In this document: positions 18,836-28,309 of the stretch, piece after piece
How positions within the stretch are numbered: the stretch's first letter is position 1
Layout: every line of letters begins with the position of its first letter
Assembly: GCA_902516395.1 (NCBI GenBank)
Contig: CABXYN010000003.1
Span: forward strand, 13,355-77,354
DNA length: 64,000 bases
Direction: 5' to 3'
Source of the DNA: an uncultured Pelagibacteraceae bacterium
Lineage (GTDB): Bacteria; Pseudomonadota; Alphaproteobacteria; Pelagibacterales; Pelagibacteraceae
The notes under the pieces: model-generated
The model's input: only the letters and a program-made list of their open reading frames with translations
Database searches by the model: none
Told to the model about the DNA's origin: nothing
Program-made: the position numbers and the translations under genes

Positions 18836-19861
18836 TTATGAGTTTGAGAGTGATTCTTGTAATTCTTTATTTGAGATATACCCTTTTGCATTTCCTTTTT
18901 TATCAACAACTTCACAATTAGAATTGCTACAAACAACTTGAGGTAGAAATTCTTCTATAAATTGATCTTCCTCTACTTTTATTAAGTTCGATTTATCAAT
19001 ATCATCTGACTGGTTAACAGGTTTCATTATAATTTTTGCTTTTATAACTTTAGTTCTATTTACGTCTTTAACAAATGCCTCAACGTATTCATCAGCAGGG
19101 TTCATTATAATTTCAACAGGTGTTCCTACCTGTACTAGTTTTCCTGCATTCAAAATTCCAATGTGATCTCCCAATCTTAATGACTCGTCTAGGTCATGAG
19201 TAATAAATACTATCGTCTTTTTTAATTCTGATTGGAGATCTATTAATTGTTTTTGCATATCACTTCTAATTAAAGGATCTAATGCAGAAAAAGCTTCGTC
19301 CATTAACATAATGTCCGTGTCAGTAGCCAAAGCTCTTGCAAGACCTACTCGTTGTTGCATACCTCCAGAAAGTTGTGCAGGATATTGATTTTCAAATCCA
19401 GTCAAACCGACAGACTCGATTTTTTCCATAGCAACAGAATTTCTCTTTTCAATTTCCATACCTTGCATTTCAAGTCCGTAGCCAACATTTTGCAAAACTG
19501 TTTTATGAGGAAATAGTCCAAATCTTTGGAAAACCATGCTCATTTTCTGTCTTCTAAATTCGATTAATTGCTCTTTGTTTAGAGTGGTAACATCTTTACC
19601 TTCTACTAGAATTTCTCCAGCAGTCGGATCAATTAATCTATTTAAATGTCTAATTAATGTAGATTTCCCTGATCCAGATAAGCCCATGCAAACAAATGTC
19701 TCTCCTTCTTCAATCTTAAGGGATACATTATCTAACCCAACAGTATGTCCGGTCTTTTCAAGAACATCCTCTTTTGTAGCCCCTTCTTGTACCATTTTAA
19801 GAACACTTTCAGGTTTTGGACCAAAAATTTTATATACGTTATTGATTTCGATTTTAGACAT
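18836..19861 (-). CDS. Glycine betaine/choline-type ABC transporter ATPase (ProV/OpuAA-like) #1
   Basis: [36 protein letters not shown]. Start moved to MSKIEINNV (ATG 19861) from the ORF-track start at 19906. Confidence 0.9.
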   Translation of the reverse strand: MSKIEINNVYKIFGPKPESVLKMVQEGATKEDVLEKTGHTVGLDNVSLKIEEGETFVCMGLSGSGKSTLIRHLNRLIDPTAGEILVEGKDVTTLNKEQLIEFRRQKMSMVFQRFGLFPHKTVLQNVGYGLEMQGMEIEKRNSVAMEKIESVGLTGFENQYPAQLSGGMQQRVGLARALATDTDIMLMDEAFSALDPLIRSDMQKQLIDLQSELKKTIVFITHDLDESLRLGDHIGILNAGKLVQVGTPVEIIMNPADEYVEAFVKDVNRTKVIKAKIIMKPVNQSDDIDKSNLIKVEEDQFIEEFLPQVVCSNSNCEVVDKKGNAKGYISNKELQESLSNS

Positions 19862-19975
19862 TTTTATAAAGTTTAGTTCTTTTAATACATCAAAGCAAAT
19901 CAACAATAAAATAACTTTATTAAATTCAACTATTAATTGAATTGAAATTTTTTTGATTTTATATAATTATTTATT

Positions 19976-21109
19976 ATGAATTCAATTTCTAAAATCGCAA
20001 AAAATAGCACTTATTTACAAATTACCTGGAACGATGGTGAAGAAAGTAAATTTAATTACATGTGGTTAAGAGATAATTGTCCTACCGCACATGATAAAGA
20101 CTCAAGACATAGAATGTTTAACATCTTAGATGTATCAAAAGAGATAAATCCTAAAAAATATTCTTTAAATGGTGATGGAAAATTAGAAATAGAGTGGAGC
20201 GAGGGTGATCACACAAGTTATTATGATCCTAAGTGGTTGAGAGAAAATTGTTATACTATTAAAAATAAACAAGAATATGTTTCACCATATCAACTTTGGG
20301 ACAATAATTTAGAACAAGATTTTGAATCAATATGTATTGAACATGATAAAGTAATTAATTCTGATGAAGGATTAATAAAATGGTTAGAGCTTCTACATCA
20401 TAAAGGTATTGCAATTGTAAAAAATTCACCAACTGAAAAAAAATCGGGTTTTGAAATTCTTCACAGGATAAGTCACGTAAGAGAAACCTTTTTTAAAACC
20501 CCCTTTGAAGTAATCAATATTCCAAAACCAAATAATTCTGCATATACAGCACATGCTTTAAGAAACCACATGGATTTACCTTGGTTTGAATTACCTCCTG
20601 GTTACCAGTTTTTACATTGTTTGGTAAATGATGCAAAGGGTGGAGACTCCTCCGCTATTGATGGATTTGCTGTTGCTGATTATTTAAGAAAATATGAAAA
20701 AGATATATTTGAAACACTAATCTCTGTCCCACTAAAGTTTAGAGATAAGGATTATACTCAAGAATCTCATCGAAGCTTTCATGCCCCAGCAATTAGTTTA
20801 ACAAAAGATAAAGACTTTCATGATATTAGGTTTAGTGTAGCAACTATGGATGCTCTAGACTGCCATCCCGACCAAATGGATAAAGTTTATAAAGCTCACC
20901 ATAGATTTGGAAATCTTTTGCATGATGATAAGTTTCAGATAAAATTTAGACTAGGGCCAGGAGATATATTTTCTTTTAATAATAGACGTGTTTTGCATGG
21001 TAGAACAGCTTTTGATCCAAATTCGGGTCATCGTCATCTTCAAGGCTATTATCTAGACAGAGATGAAATAATTGGAAGATTGGAATATCTTAAGCAATAT
21101 AAATCATAA
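19976..21109 (+). CDS. Gamma-butyrobetaine dioxygenase-like (BBOX/TMLH family) 2OG-Fe(II) enzyme
   Basis: N-terminal WLRDNC DUF971-like domain, AYT..L..HMDLP, GYQFLHCL, DGF, FNNRRVLHGR. Confidence 0.85.
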   Translation: MNSISKIAKNSTYLQITWNDGEESKFNYMWLRDNCPTAHDKDSRHRMFNILDVSKEINPKKYSLNGDGKLEIEWSEGDHTSYYDPKWLRENCYTIKNKQEYVSPYQLWDNNLEQDFESICIEHDKVINSDEGLIKWLELLHHKGIAIVKNSPTEKKSGFEILHRISHVRETFFKTPFEVINIPKPNNSAYTAHALRNHMDLPWFELPPGYQFLHCLVNDAKGGDSSAIDGFAVADYLRKYEKDIFETLISVPLKFRDKDYTQESHRSFHAPAISLTKDKDFHDIRFSVATMDALDCHPDQMDKVYKAHHRFGNLLHDDKFQIKFRLGPGDIFSFNNRRVLHGRTAFDPNSGHRHLQGYYLDRDEIIGRLEYLKQYKS

Positions 21110-21742
21110 ATTTTCAAATATAAGATTATTATTTTTGTTATATTTAAAAAATTCTTTTCTAGTTTTAATTGTGTAGTAATATTTTTCCTTACTGATCAGT
21201 TGTACTTTCTTATTATCTAAAAACTTCTTATCTAATATTAGATATTTAATTTTTTTATTTAACCCATGTTTTAAAATCGACTTAACACTGTCTTTATTAG
21301 AAAATGATAAACCAACATTAACTTTTGAATTAATTTTTAAAAGATTATGAATATTTTCATGCTTAAAGGAGATAAAAATACATTTTTTAAATTTCTTAGT
21401 CTCGCTTATTAACTTAGATAAGATCTTTTTTTTTAGTAATGGTTTTATTTCTATAAATATAGGAAATTTATTTTTTGATAGCTCTAAAACCTCCTTTAAC
21501 AGAGGTATTTTAAATTTTTTGTACTTAATTTTTTTTAATTCTCCATAATTAATATTTTTTATACTTTTATTTAATTTGAAAATTCTTCTTAAAGTAAAAT
21601 CATGAAAGCATACAAATTTATTATCATTGGTTGTGTGAATATCAGTTTCAATACCAAATTTTTTTTTAAATGATGCTCTAAATGACTCTAGACAGTTTTC
21701 TTTGTAATTTTTATTTACAATCCCTCGATGAATTATATGCAT
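21104..21742 (-). CDS. Glycerophosphodiester phosphodiesterase family protein
   Basis: HRG, EN.LESF, GIETDIH, CFHD.TL.R, IEIK, ISF motifs; compact and very Lys-rich. Confidence 0.8.
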   Translation of the reverse strand: MHIIHRGIVNKNYKENCLESFRASFKKKFGIETDIHTTNDNKFVCFHDFTLRRIFKLNKSIKNINYGELKKIKYKKFKIPLLKEVLELSKNKFPIFIEIKPLLKKKILSKLISETKKFKKCIFISFKHENIHNLLKINSKVNVGLSFSNKDSVKSILKHGLNKKIKYLILDKKFLDNKKVQLISKEKYYYTIKTRKEFFKYNKNNNLIFENL

Positions 21743-21744
21743 GT

Positions 21745-21777
21745 AAAAAAAAAGGGCTCTGTTTTCACAAAGCCCTT
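21745..21777 (-). terminator. Rho-independent terminator downstream of the ProX-like binding protein gene
   Basis: Minus strand AAGGGCTTTG-TGAAAA-CAGAGCCCTT followed by a T-run. Confidence 0.8.
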
Positions 21778-21800
21778 AATTATTTTTTAAAGTTTAATTT

Positions 21801-22811
21801 TTAGTTAGGTAACCAACTTTTCCATTTGTCTGGATTGTTGTCTAACCACTCATTTACAACTTCTTTTACATCTCTTTTTTTGATATCAACTTCAACAAGC
21901 ATCTTAGCTTGATCTAAGTTGTCTAATCTCATTCTTTCAAAAAAAGCTTTTGCTTTAGCATGTTCTGGTTTAGCAAATGTATCAGGATTACCATAATTCA
22001 TAGTGTAATCTTTATCCCAACCAGTTGCTGGCCATCCATCTGTACCACAAGTTTTCCAGTTGTTTGCTTCAGTAAATGTATCTCCTGCACAAGTTTTGTA
22101 ATCAGGAAGACCTACTCCTACCATGTCAAACTCACCAAAGAACCAGTGTGGTGACCATAGGTATAATAAGAATGGTTCTTTTCTCATATAAGCAGCTTTA
22201 GCTTCTGCAACTGCAGCAGCCTCTGTTCCTAGCTCATCCGCTTGAAAGTCAATTCCTAAAAGATCTAATCTTTTTTGGTCGTGACAGTTCCAACCAGCTA
22301 CAGGACATCCAATTAATCTTCCTTTGCCGCCAGTTTCGATTGTTGCAAACTCTTTCTTATGTTTGTTTAAATCTCTCCAAGTTTTAATTCCAAATTTTTC
22401 AGCTGCATATCGTGGGATCCAGTAATCAGACATACCGATAATTCCAGTTGTTCCTAAAAGATCAACTGTTCCATCACCCTTGTATGATTTTACAACTTTA
22501 CCATCGTAAATTAAATCTTCATTAAACATAACATCATCTGCCTCTGCATAACTTGGCCAGCTTTCACAAGCAAAATCAAGTTCACCAGCAGCAATTGCTT
22601 CCCATAATCCAGTTCCTGATGGGAATACTGTTTGTTTAACTTTATAGCCCATTTCTCTTTCAAGAATTCCTACTGCAACTTCACAAGTAATAATTCCACC
22701 TGTCCAGTCAGCAATAGCAGCATGTAATCTTTTTGCATTAGCCTGAGTAAGACTAGCAAATAAAATTACGAAAGATAAAAATAGAGCTGATATTGTTTTT
22801 GATAATCTCAT
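21801..22811 (-). CDS. Quaternary-amine ABC transporter substrate-binding protein (ProX/TmoX-like family)
   Basis: Signal peptide; DWTGG, ESWP, FATIETGGKGRLIGCP.GW, YLWSPHW; GAGAGG SD. Confidence 0.85.
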   Translation of the reverse strand: MRLSKTISALFLSFVILFASLTQANAKRLHAAIADWTGGIITCEVAVGILEREMGYKVKQTVFPSGTGLWEAIAAGELDFACESWPSYAEADDVMFNEDLIYDGKVVKSYKGDGTVDLLGTTGIIGMSDYWIPRYAAEKFGIKTWRDLNKHKKEFATIETGGKGRLIGCPVAGWNCHDQKRLDLLGIDFQADELGTEAAAVAEAKAAYMRKEPFLLYLWSPHWFFGEFDMVGVGLPDYKTCAGDTFTEANNWKTCGTDGWPATGWDKDYTMNYGNPDTFAKPEHAKAKAFFERMRLDNLDQAKMLVEVDIKKRDVKEVVNEWLDNNPDKWKSWLPN

Positions 22812-22901
22812 TTATTTCCTCTCATTTAATTAATTAAAGATATATTTTAAAACAAAAACTAGTCGTTTGTAAACTGAGAAAAATGTATCTTTTGCTTGTT
22901 T

Positions 22902-25019
22902 TTATAAACCTAGAGCTTCTCTTTGTTTTTTTGTCCAAGCGAGTGATATTCTGTCTATAATTATTGCTAATAATACTATTCCTATACCTGCTGCCAAGCC
23001 TCTACCAGTGTCGGATCTTGCCAATCCATTAAATACTTCTAAACCTAATCCCTTTCCACCAATTAAGGGTGTAACAATTTGCATAGCAAACGCCATAATT
23101 ACCGTTTGATTAAATCCAATCACTAAACTTGGTATTGCCAATGGAAATTTAATTTTATTTAATGTTTGCAATAGTGTACCACCGAAAGAACGCGAAACCT
23201 CCGAGTAAGTTCCAGATACTTGAGTTAAACCTAAAGAAGTTAATCTAATTATAGGCGGTATCGAATATATAACTGTTGCTAATATTGCTGAAACAACACC
23301 TCCACCAAAAAACATCAAAACAGGAATTAAATAACAGAAATAAGGTAATGTCTGCATAGCATCCAAAACAACATTTTGAACATTTCTAAATCTCTCATTA
23401 TAAGAAGCAATTATTCCAAGAGGAACTCCAATCATAAAACATAAAGCTACTGACACCAAAACAGAGGACAGTGTTATCATTGATTGAGGCCATATCCCAC
23501 AAGCACCAATAAAAAGTAATAACAATGCAGTTATAATTGCAAATCTTATGCCAACAGTAAAATAACCAATCGCAGAGAATACTCCCAATGTATACCACCA
23601 TGGCACATGCGTTAAGAAGATATCAAGTGGTCGTAAAAGCTTTAGATAAACAAATGCTCTAAGAGCTTTAGTAAATGCAATAAAGCCAGGATTGACTGTT
23701 AATGAGTCTACGGCACTGGAAATTGGTTGTCTAATTGACAATCTCCATTCTTCAGGAAAAGATCCTATGCTAATTAAATAAGAGTCTACAAATGATATAG
23801 CTAGAACAAGAAAAAAAGAAGGTATGATATAATATCTTCTTGTTATAGCTTCACCTATATCTCTAGCAGTATTTTTATTTGATAATGAAATACAAAATTC
23901 AAATACATAAGCAATTGACCTTGTTAAATTAATACATACAAAATTAGTTAATCCACTTAAAAATTCTAAAGGTTTTTCTATAACTCTAGCAATTAAATAT
24001 TTTTCCCAAGATTGAGGAAGTAAATAAAATTTTTGAACATTAGAGGGTAGAGATTGTTCTGTTTTACTGAAAGACATACTAAATCTATCAAACATTATAG
24101 CCATAAAAAGAATACAAAGCCCTCCTTCCATCGCCCAACCAACGTCTAGTCTTCTAATTGCTTGCCACACTTGACCGCCAATACCTTCAGCCCCAATAAA
24201 ACATGCAAGAACTACAAGCGCCAATGCCATCATAATAACTTGGTTTATACCCATCATTATACTGGGTAATGAAAGTGGAATTTTAATTTTGAATAAAAGT
24301 TGTAATTTACTTGAGCCAAATGAGGTTGCTGACTCTATTGTCTCCGCGGAAACTTGTCTAATTCCTGTATTTGTTAATCTAATTATTGGAGGCATAGAAT
24401 AAATCATAGTGGCTAATATTGCGGGCGCTCCTCCAATGCCAAAAAAGAATAAAGCTGGAAAAAGATAAACAAATGCTGGCATCACTTGCATTGTATCTAA
24501 AATAGGTTTCATAAAATTTTCAAATCGATCACTTTGAGAGCACATAACACCCAAGGTTACGCCTACAACCACACACATTAATACAGATAAACCCATCAAT
24601 GCTACAGTTTGAAGGGAAGGTTCCCACATACCTGTAGCGCCCCAAAAATAAATTACGAATAAGGAATATAGACCCAATCGCAAGCCACCTGCAATTAAAC
24701 AGGGTAAAAATACTAACGCTGCAATTAATAGCCAAGGAGAGTCGAGAAGAAAGTCTTCAACAAAATAATAAATATTTTTAATGTAACTAGCTATTATTTT
24801 TGTAATCCATCTATAATTTTTTTTTAAGTAATCCTCACCTTCATTAACCCATGCTGTAAATGTAAATTGATCAGTTACTACTTTTGGCATTTTTGAAGGA
24901 CCGTCGCTTTGAAAAGATAACCACAATGCAACTAAAAAAGTTAATAGAACTAAAGAATATGTAATTATATTTTTAGATGAAATTGATTTTCCTTGGATAC
25001 TAGAGACTTCAGATGACAT
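22902..25019 (-). CDS. Fused double ProW/OpuAB-type ABC permease
   Basis: Two permease domains (LDTMQVMPAFVYL...PPIIRLT...IMMGINQ and LDAMQTLPYFCYL...PPIIRLT...LVIGFNQ) in 705 aa. Confidence 0.9.
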   Translation of the reverse strand: MSSEVSSIQGKSISSKNIITYSLVLLTFLVALWLSFQSDGPSKMPKVVTDQFTFTAWVNEGEDYLKKNYRWITKIIASYIKNIYYFVEDFLLDSPWLLIAALVFLPCLIAGGLRLGLYSLFVIYFWGATGMWEPSLQTVALMGLSVLMCVVVGVTLGVMCSQSDRFENFMKPILDTMQVMPAFVYLFPALFFFGIGGAPAILATMIYSMPPIIRLTNTGIRQVSAETIESATSFGSSKLQLLFKIKIPLSLPSIMMGINQVIMMALALVVLACFIGAEGIGGQVWQAIRRLDVGWAMEGGLCILFMAIMFDRFSMSFSKTEQSLPSNVQKFYLLPQSWEKYLIARVIEKPLEFLSGLTNFVCINLTRSIAYVFEFCISLSNKNTARDIGEAITRRYYIIPSFFLVLAISFVDSYLISIGSFPEEWRLSIRQPISSAVDSLTVNPGFIAFTKALRAFVYLKLLRPLDIFLTHVPWWYTLGVFSAIGYFTVGIRFAIITALLLLFIGACGIWPQSMITLSSVLVSVALCFMIGVPLGIIASYNERFRNVQNVVLDAMQTLPYFCYLIPVLMFFGGGVVSAILATVIYSIPPIIRLTSLGLTQVSGTYSEVSRSFGGTLLQTLNKIKFPLAIPSLVIGFNQTVIMAFAMQIVTPLIGGKGLGLEVFNGLARSDTGRGLAAGIGIVLLAIIIDRISLAWTKKQREALGL

Positions 25020-25098
25020 AATTCTAGAAATTTAAAATAAATAATTTTACATTTAAAGAAAAATATTGTCTATTTTTATGTTATTAAAATAACAAAAT

Positions 25099-26145
25099 AT
25101 GAGTAATCAAGCAAAAATAACTTGTACTAACGTTTGGAAATTATTTGGACCAGACGAAAAAAGAATTATAAAAAATTTAGATAAAAATTTATCAATCAAA
25201 GAAGTTCAAGAAAAAACTGGACATGTTGTTGCTGTTAAAGATGTTAGCTTTTCAATTGAGAAAGGTGAAACATTTGTGGTGATGGGTTTATCTGGAAGTG
25301 GAAAATCAACTTTAGTCAGATGCATTTCAAGACTAATTGAACCGACCTCTGGTACAGTTAAAATGGATGATGTAGATGTTACAAAAATGAATGGAAGAGA
25401 TTTATTAGATTTAAGAAGAAATAAGATGAGCATGGTTTTTCAACACTTTGGATTATTCCCACATAGAACAGTTATTGAAAATATTGGTTATGGATTAGAA
25501 ATTAGAGGTAACAAAAAAAATGATAGAATAGAAAAGTCAATGGAGGTTTTAAAAATGGTAGGCTTGGAAGGTTGGCACAATAATTATCCAAGAGAACTTT
25601 CTGGTGGTATGCAACAAAGAGTTGGACTTGCAAGGGCACTCGCAGTTGATCCAGAAATCTTAATTTTTGATGAACCTTTTTCTGCACTTGACCCACTAAT
25701 TAGAAGAGAAATGCAGGATGAATTATTAAAAATTCAAGAAAAACTTCAAAAGACAATGGTTTTTATTACGCACGATTTCTTAGAAGCCATAAAGATGGGA
25801 GATCATATTGCTATTATGAAGGATGGTGAGGTTTCACAAGTTGGTACCCCAGAGGAAATTGTTGCAAATCCTAAAGATCAATATGTAAAAGATTTCTGTG
25901 AAGATGTTCCAAAATATAAAGTCTTAAGTGCAAGCAAAGTAATGAGAGAAGAATGTTGTGATGATACAAAAAAATTGTTTGAAGATGGATCTAATAATAT
26001 TCCACATGACTCAAAAATTGAGACATTGATTGATAAACTAGTTGATACAGATCAGAAATTTCCAGTTGTAGATACAGATACGGGAAAATTGATTGGTGAA
26101 ATTGATAGAGCAATAGTTATGAAGTCAATGAAGTCTGCTAATTAA
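25099..26145 (+). CDS. Glycine betaine/choline-type ABC transporter ATPase (ProV/OpuAA-like) #2
   Basis: [40 protein letters not shown]; CBS-like C-terminus. Confidence 0.9.
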   Translation: MSNQAKITCTNVWKLFGPDEKRIIKNLDKNLSIKEVQEKTGHVVAVKDVSFSIEKGETFVVMGLSGSGKSTLVRCISRLIEPTSGTVKMDDVDVTKMNGRDLLDLRRNKMSMVFQHFGLFPHRTVIENIGYGLEIRGNKKNDRIEKSMEVLKMVGLEGWHNNYPRELSGGMQQRVGLARALAVDPEILIFDEPFSALDPLIRREMQDELLKIQEKLQKTMVFITHDFLEAIKMGDHIAIMKDGEVSQVGTPEEIVANPKDQYVKDFCEDVPKYKVLSASKVMREECCDDTKKLFEDGSNNIPHDSKIETLIDKLVDTDQKFPVVDTDTGKLIGEIDRAIVMKSMKSAN

Positions 26146-27070
26146 TCTCTCTACTTACCTTAGTACTTTTTTGTTTAACCTTATCTCTCCAAATAATTAT
26201 CATTCCTGCAAACACAATCACAAAAACTCCAGGAAATAATTGTTCCCAAGGCGCCTCGTTAAAAAACCACCAACCTAAAACAAAAGATGATGGGATGCCA
26301 AAATATTCAAAAGATGCCATCTTGCTTGCAGAAATTAATCTATAAGCATAAATGAAAAGTATTGCAGCTGTCCCACCTAGTATTCCAGTTAATATCATTA
26401 ACAGAAAGTCTTGAGTACTTTTAATATCAGTATGTCCAGAGGTTATTAAAAATAATATTACTCCACCAATTACATTAAAGATTAAAGTATAAAGTTGTAT
26501 TTTTGCTGTTGAGTGTCCATCTGGTATAAATTTTAAAATTATAACTGTAAAAGCCCAAGCAATCGCAGTTAATACAGGAAATATTGAATAAAAACTAAAT
26601 ATATCGCTTCCTGGCTGAACAATTAATACAACTCCAAAAAATCCAATAAATATTGCTGACCATCGATAAATACCCACCTTATCATTTAAAAAAATTATTG
26701 ATAAAATTACTATGAAAAATGGTGACGAAAATGTAAGAACCATTGCAGTTGCAAATTCAAGATTAATTACTGAGATAAATATGAAGATATTCATAGACAA
26801 GAAAGCAAGTCCTCTTAAAAAGCTTAAAATTATAAATTTGTTGTTTAAATTTTTGAAAATTGAGAAATACTCTTTTGTAAATAGAATTAGAACAAAAAGA
26901 GGAATAACACCTGCAATATTTCTGAAAACAGCAAGCTGAATTACCGAATACTCATCTCCTAAAAATTTAATTACAACCATATACATGTCTACGCATAGAA
27001 TTGCTAAGAGCATTGTAACTATTGCTAAATAAGTATTTTTTAAATCTGTTTTTTCGGACGAAATATTCAT
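26138..27070 (-). CDS. DMT/EamA family transporter
   Basis: LNDKVGIYRWSAIFIGFFGVVLIVQPG; about 10 TM segments. Confidence 0.88.
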   Translation of the reverse strand: MNISSEKTDLKNTYLAIVTMLLAILCVDMYMVVIKFLGDEYSVIQLAVFRNIAGVIPLFVLILFTKEYFSIFKNLNNKFIILSFLRGLAFLSMNIFIFISVINLEFATAMVLTFSSPFFIVILSIIFLNDKVGIYRWSAIFIGFFGVVLIVQPGSDIFSFYSIFPVLTAIAWAFTVIILKFIPDGHSTAKIQLYTLIFNVIGGVILFLITSGHTDIKSTQDFLLMILTGILGGTAAILFIYAYRLISASKMASFEYFGIPSSFVLGWWFFNEAPWEQLFPGVFVIVFAGMIIIWRDKVKQKSTKVSREIN

Positions 27071-27106
27071 TTATAATTTTTTAAAATTGTATACTTTATC
27101 TAAGTT

Positions 27107-28297
27107 ATGCAAAGTTTTAAACTCAATGAAACTGATATTCTATCCAATCAAGACTGGACATTTCCTACTAACATTGCTTATGGTCCTGGTAGATTAAAAG
27201 AAATAGGAAGTATCTGTAATAATTTAGATATTAAAAATCCTTTAATAGTTACAGATAAAGGAAGTCCAAAATTACCATTTATTAAAAATTTACAAAGCTA
27301 TCTAAATAGCTCAAATATAAAATCAGATTTATTTTTTGATATATCTCCAAATCCTCGAGAGGACGAGGTTTCAAATGGAGTAAAAAAATTTAAAGATGGC
27401 AATCACGACTCTATAATTGCTATTGGTGGAGGAAGTGCAATGGATGGTGGTAAATTGATATGCCTTACAGCTAATAATGACGTACCACTTAGAGATTTTG
27501 AATTTGAATTAACTCCTCCTAAGATAAGTAAAGATAATCCTTTTCCAAAAATCATAACTATTCCTACAACTGCTGGAACGGGAGCCGAAACAGAAATCAC
27601 AGCTATGGTTACATACTTAAAAGAAGGAATGAAATTTTGTATGTGGCATCCAGATGTTAGACCCTCTCTAGCATTGTTAGACCCTGAACTTACAATTGGA
27701 TTGCCAGCAAACTTAACCGCATGGACTGGTGCAGATGCTTTAATCCATGGCATAGAAGGTTATTGTGTTCCTGGTTTTAATCCAATGTGTGATGGTGCTG
27801 CTTTGGAAGGTTTATCTTTGATATCAAAATCTTTAGTCAAAGCTGTAGAAGATCCTAGCAACATAGTTGCCAGAGGTGGAATGCATGTTGGATCATGTTT
27901 AGCGGGAATTTCTTTTTTAAAAGGGTTAGGATTAGTACATGCTATTGCTCATATGGTTGGAGCTGAATACAACACTCATCACGGGCTAACCAACGCAATA
28001 ATATTGCCTGTAGTTCTAAAATATAATCTTCCAGGCATGGAAGAAAAAGTTAAAAGAATGTCAGAGGCTATGCAATTTGAAGATCATTCTGTAGAAGCAT
28101 TTATATCTAACATTGAAAACCTTCTTGATAGAATTAAAATTCCAAAAAGTTTAAGTGAAATTGGTGTACCAGAGGATTGTGTTGATAGAATTGCTGAAAA
28201 ATCAATGAAAGATCAAGCCTTTGCAACAAATCCAAGAATAGCAACTTTAGAAGAAACAAAGGAAATTACTCTAGCATCTATAAAAAAAGCTAGGTAA
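27107..28297 (+). CDS. Iron-containing alcohol dehydrogenase
   Basis: GGGSAMD, IPTTAGTGAE, DALIH.IE, GLVHAIAH, HHG..NA. Confidence 0.9.
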   Translation: MQSFKLNETDILSNQDWTFPTNIAYGPGRLKEIGSICNNLDIKNPLIVTDKGSPKLPFIKNLQSYLNSSNIKSDLFFDISPNPREDEVSNGVKKFKDGNHDSIIAIGGGSAMDGGKLICLTANNDVPLRDFEFELTPPKISKDNPFPKIITIPTTAGTGAETEITAMVTYLKEGMKFCMWHPDVRPSLALLDPELTIGLPANLTAWTGADALIHGIEGYCVPGFNPMCDGAALEGLSLISKSLVKAVEDPSNIVARGGMHVGSCLAGISFLKGLGLVHAIAHMVGAEYNTHHGLTNAIILPVVLKYNLPGMEEKVKRMSEAMQFEDHSVEAFISNIENLLDRIKIPKSLSEIGVPEDCVDRIAEKSMKDQAFATNPRIATLEETKEITLASIKKAR

Positions 28298-28309
28298 TAA
28301 CAAACTCTA

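Noticed and set aside
19862-19906. N-terminal extensions in the ORF track for ProV #1 (19906), MsrA (33298) and the GcvT-like gene (51862)
   Set aside because: The extensions are non-homologous, run into promoter space or overlap the upstream gene. Downstream ATGs (19861, 33226, 51832) fit better.
19923-19943. Inverted repeat AATTCAA-N7-TTGAATT in the proV/bbox divergent region, and AT-rich palindromes at about 340-390
   Set aside because: Short, nearly all-A/T palindromes are expected by chance at this base composition.
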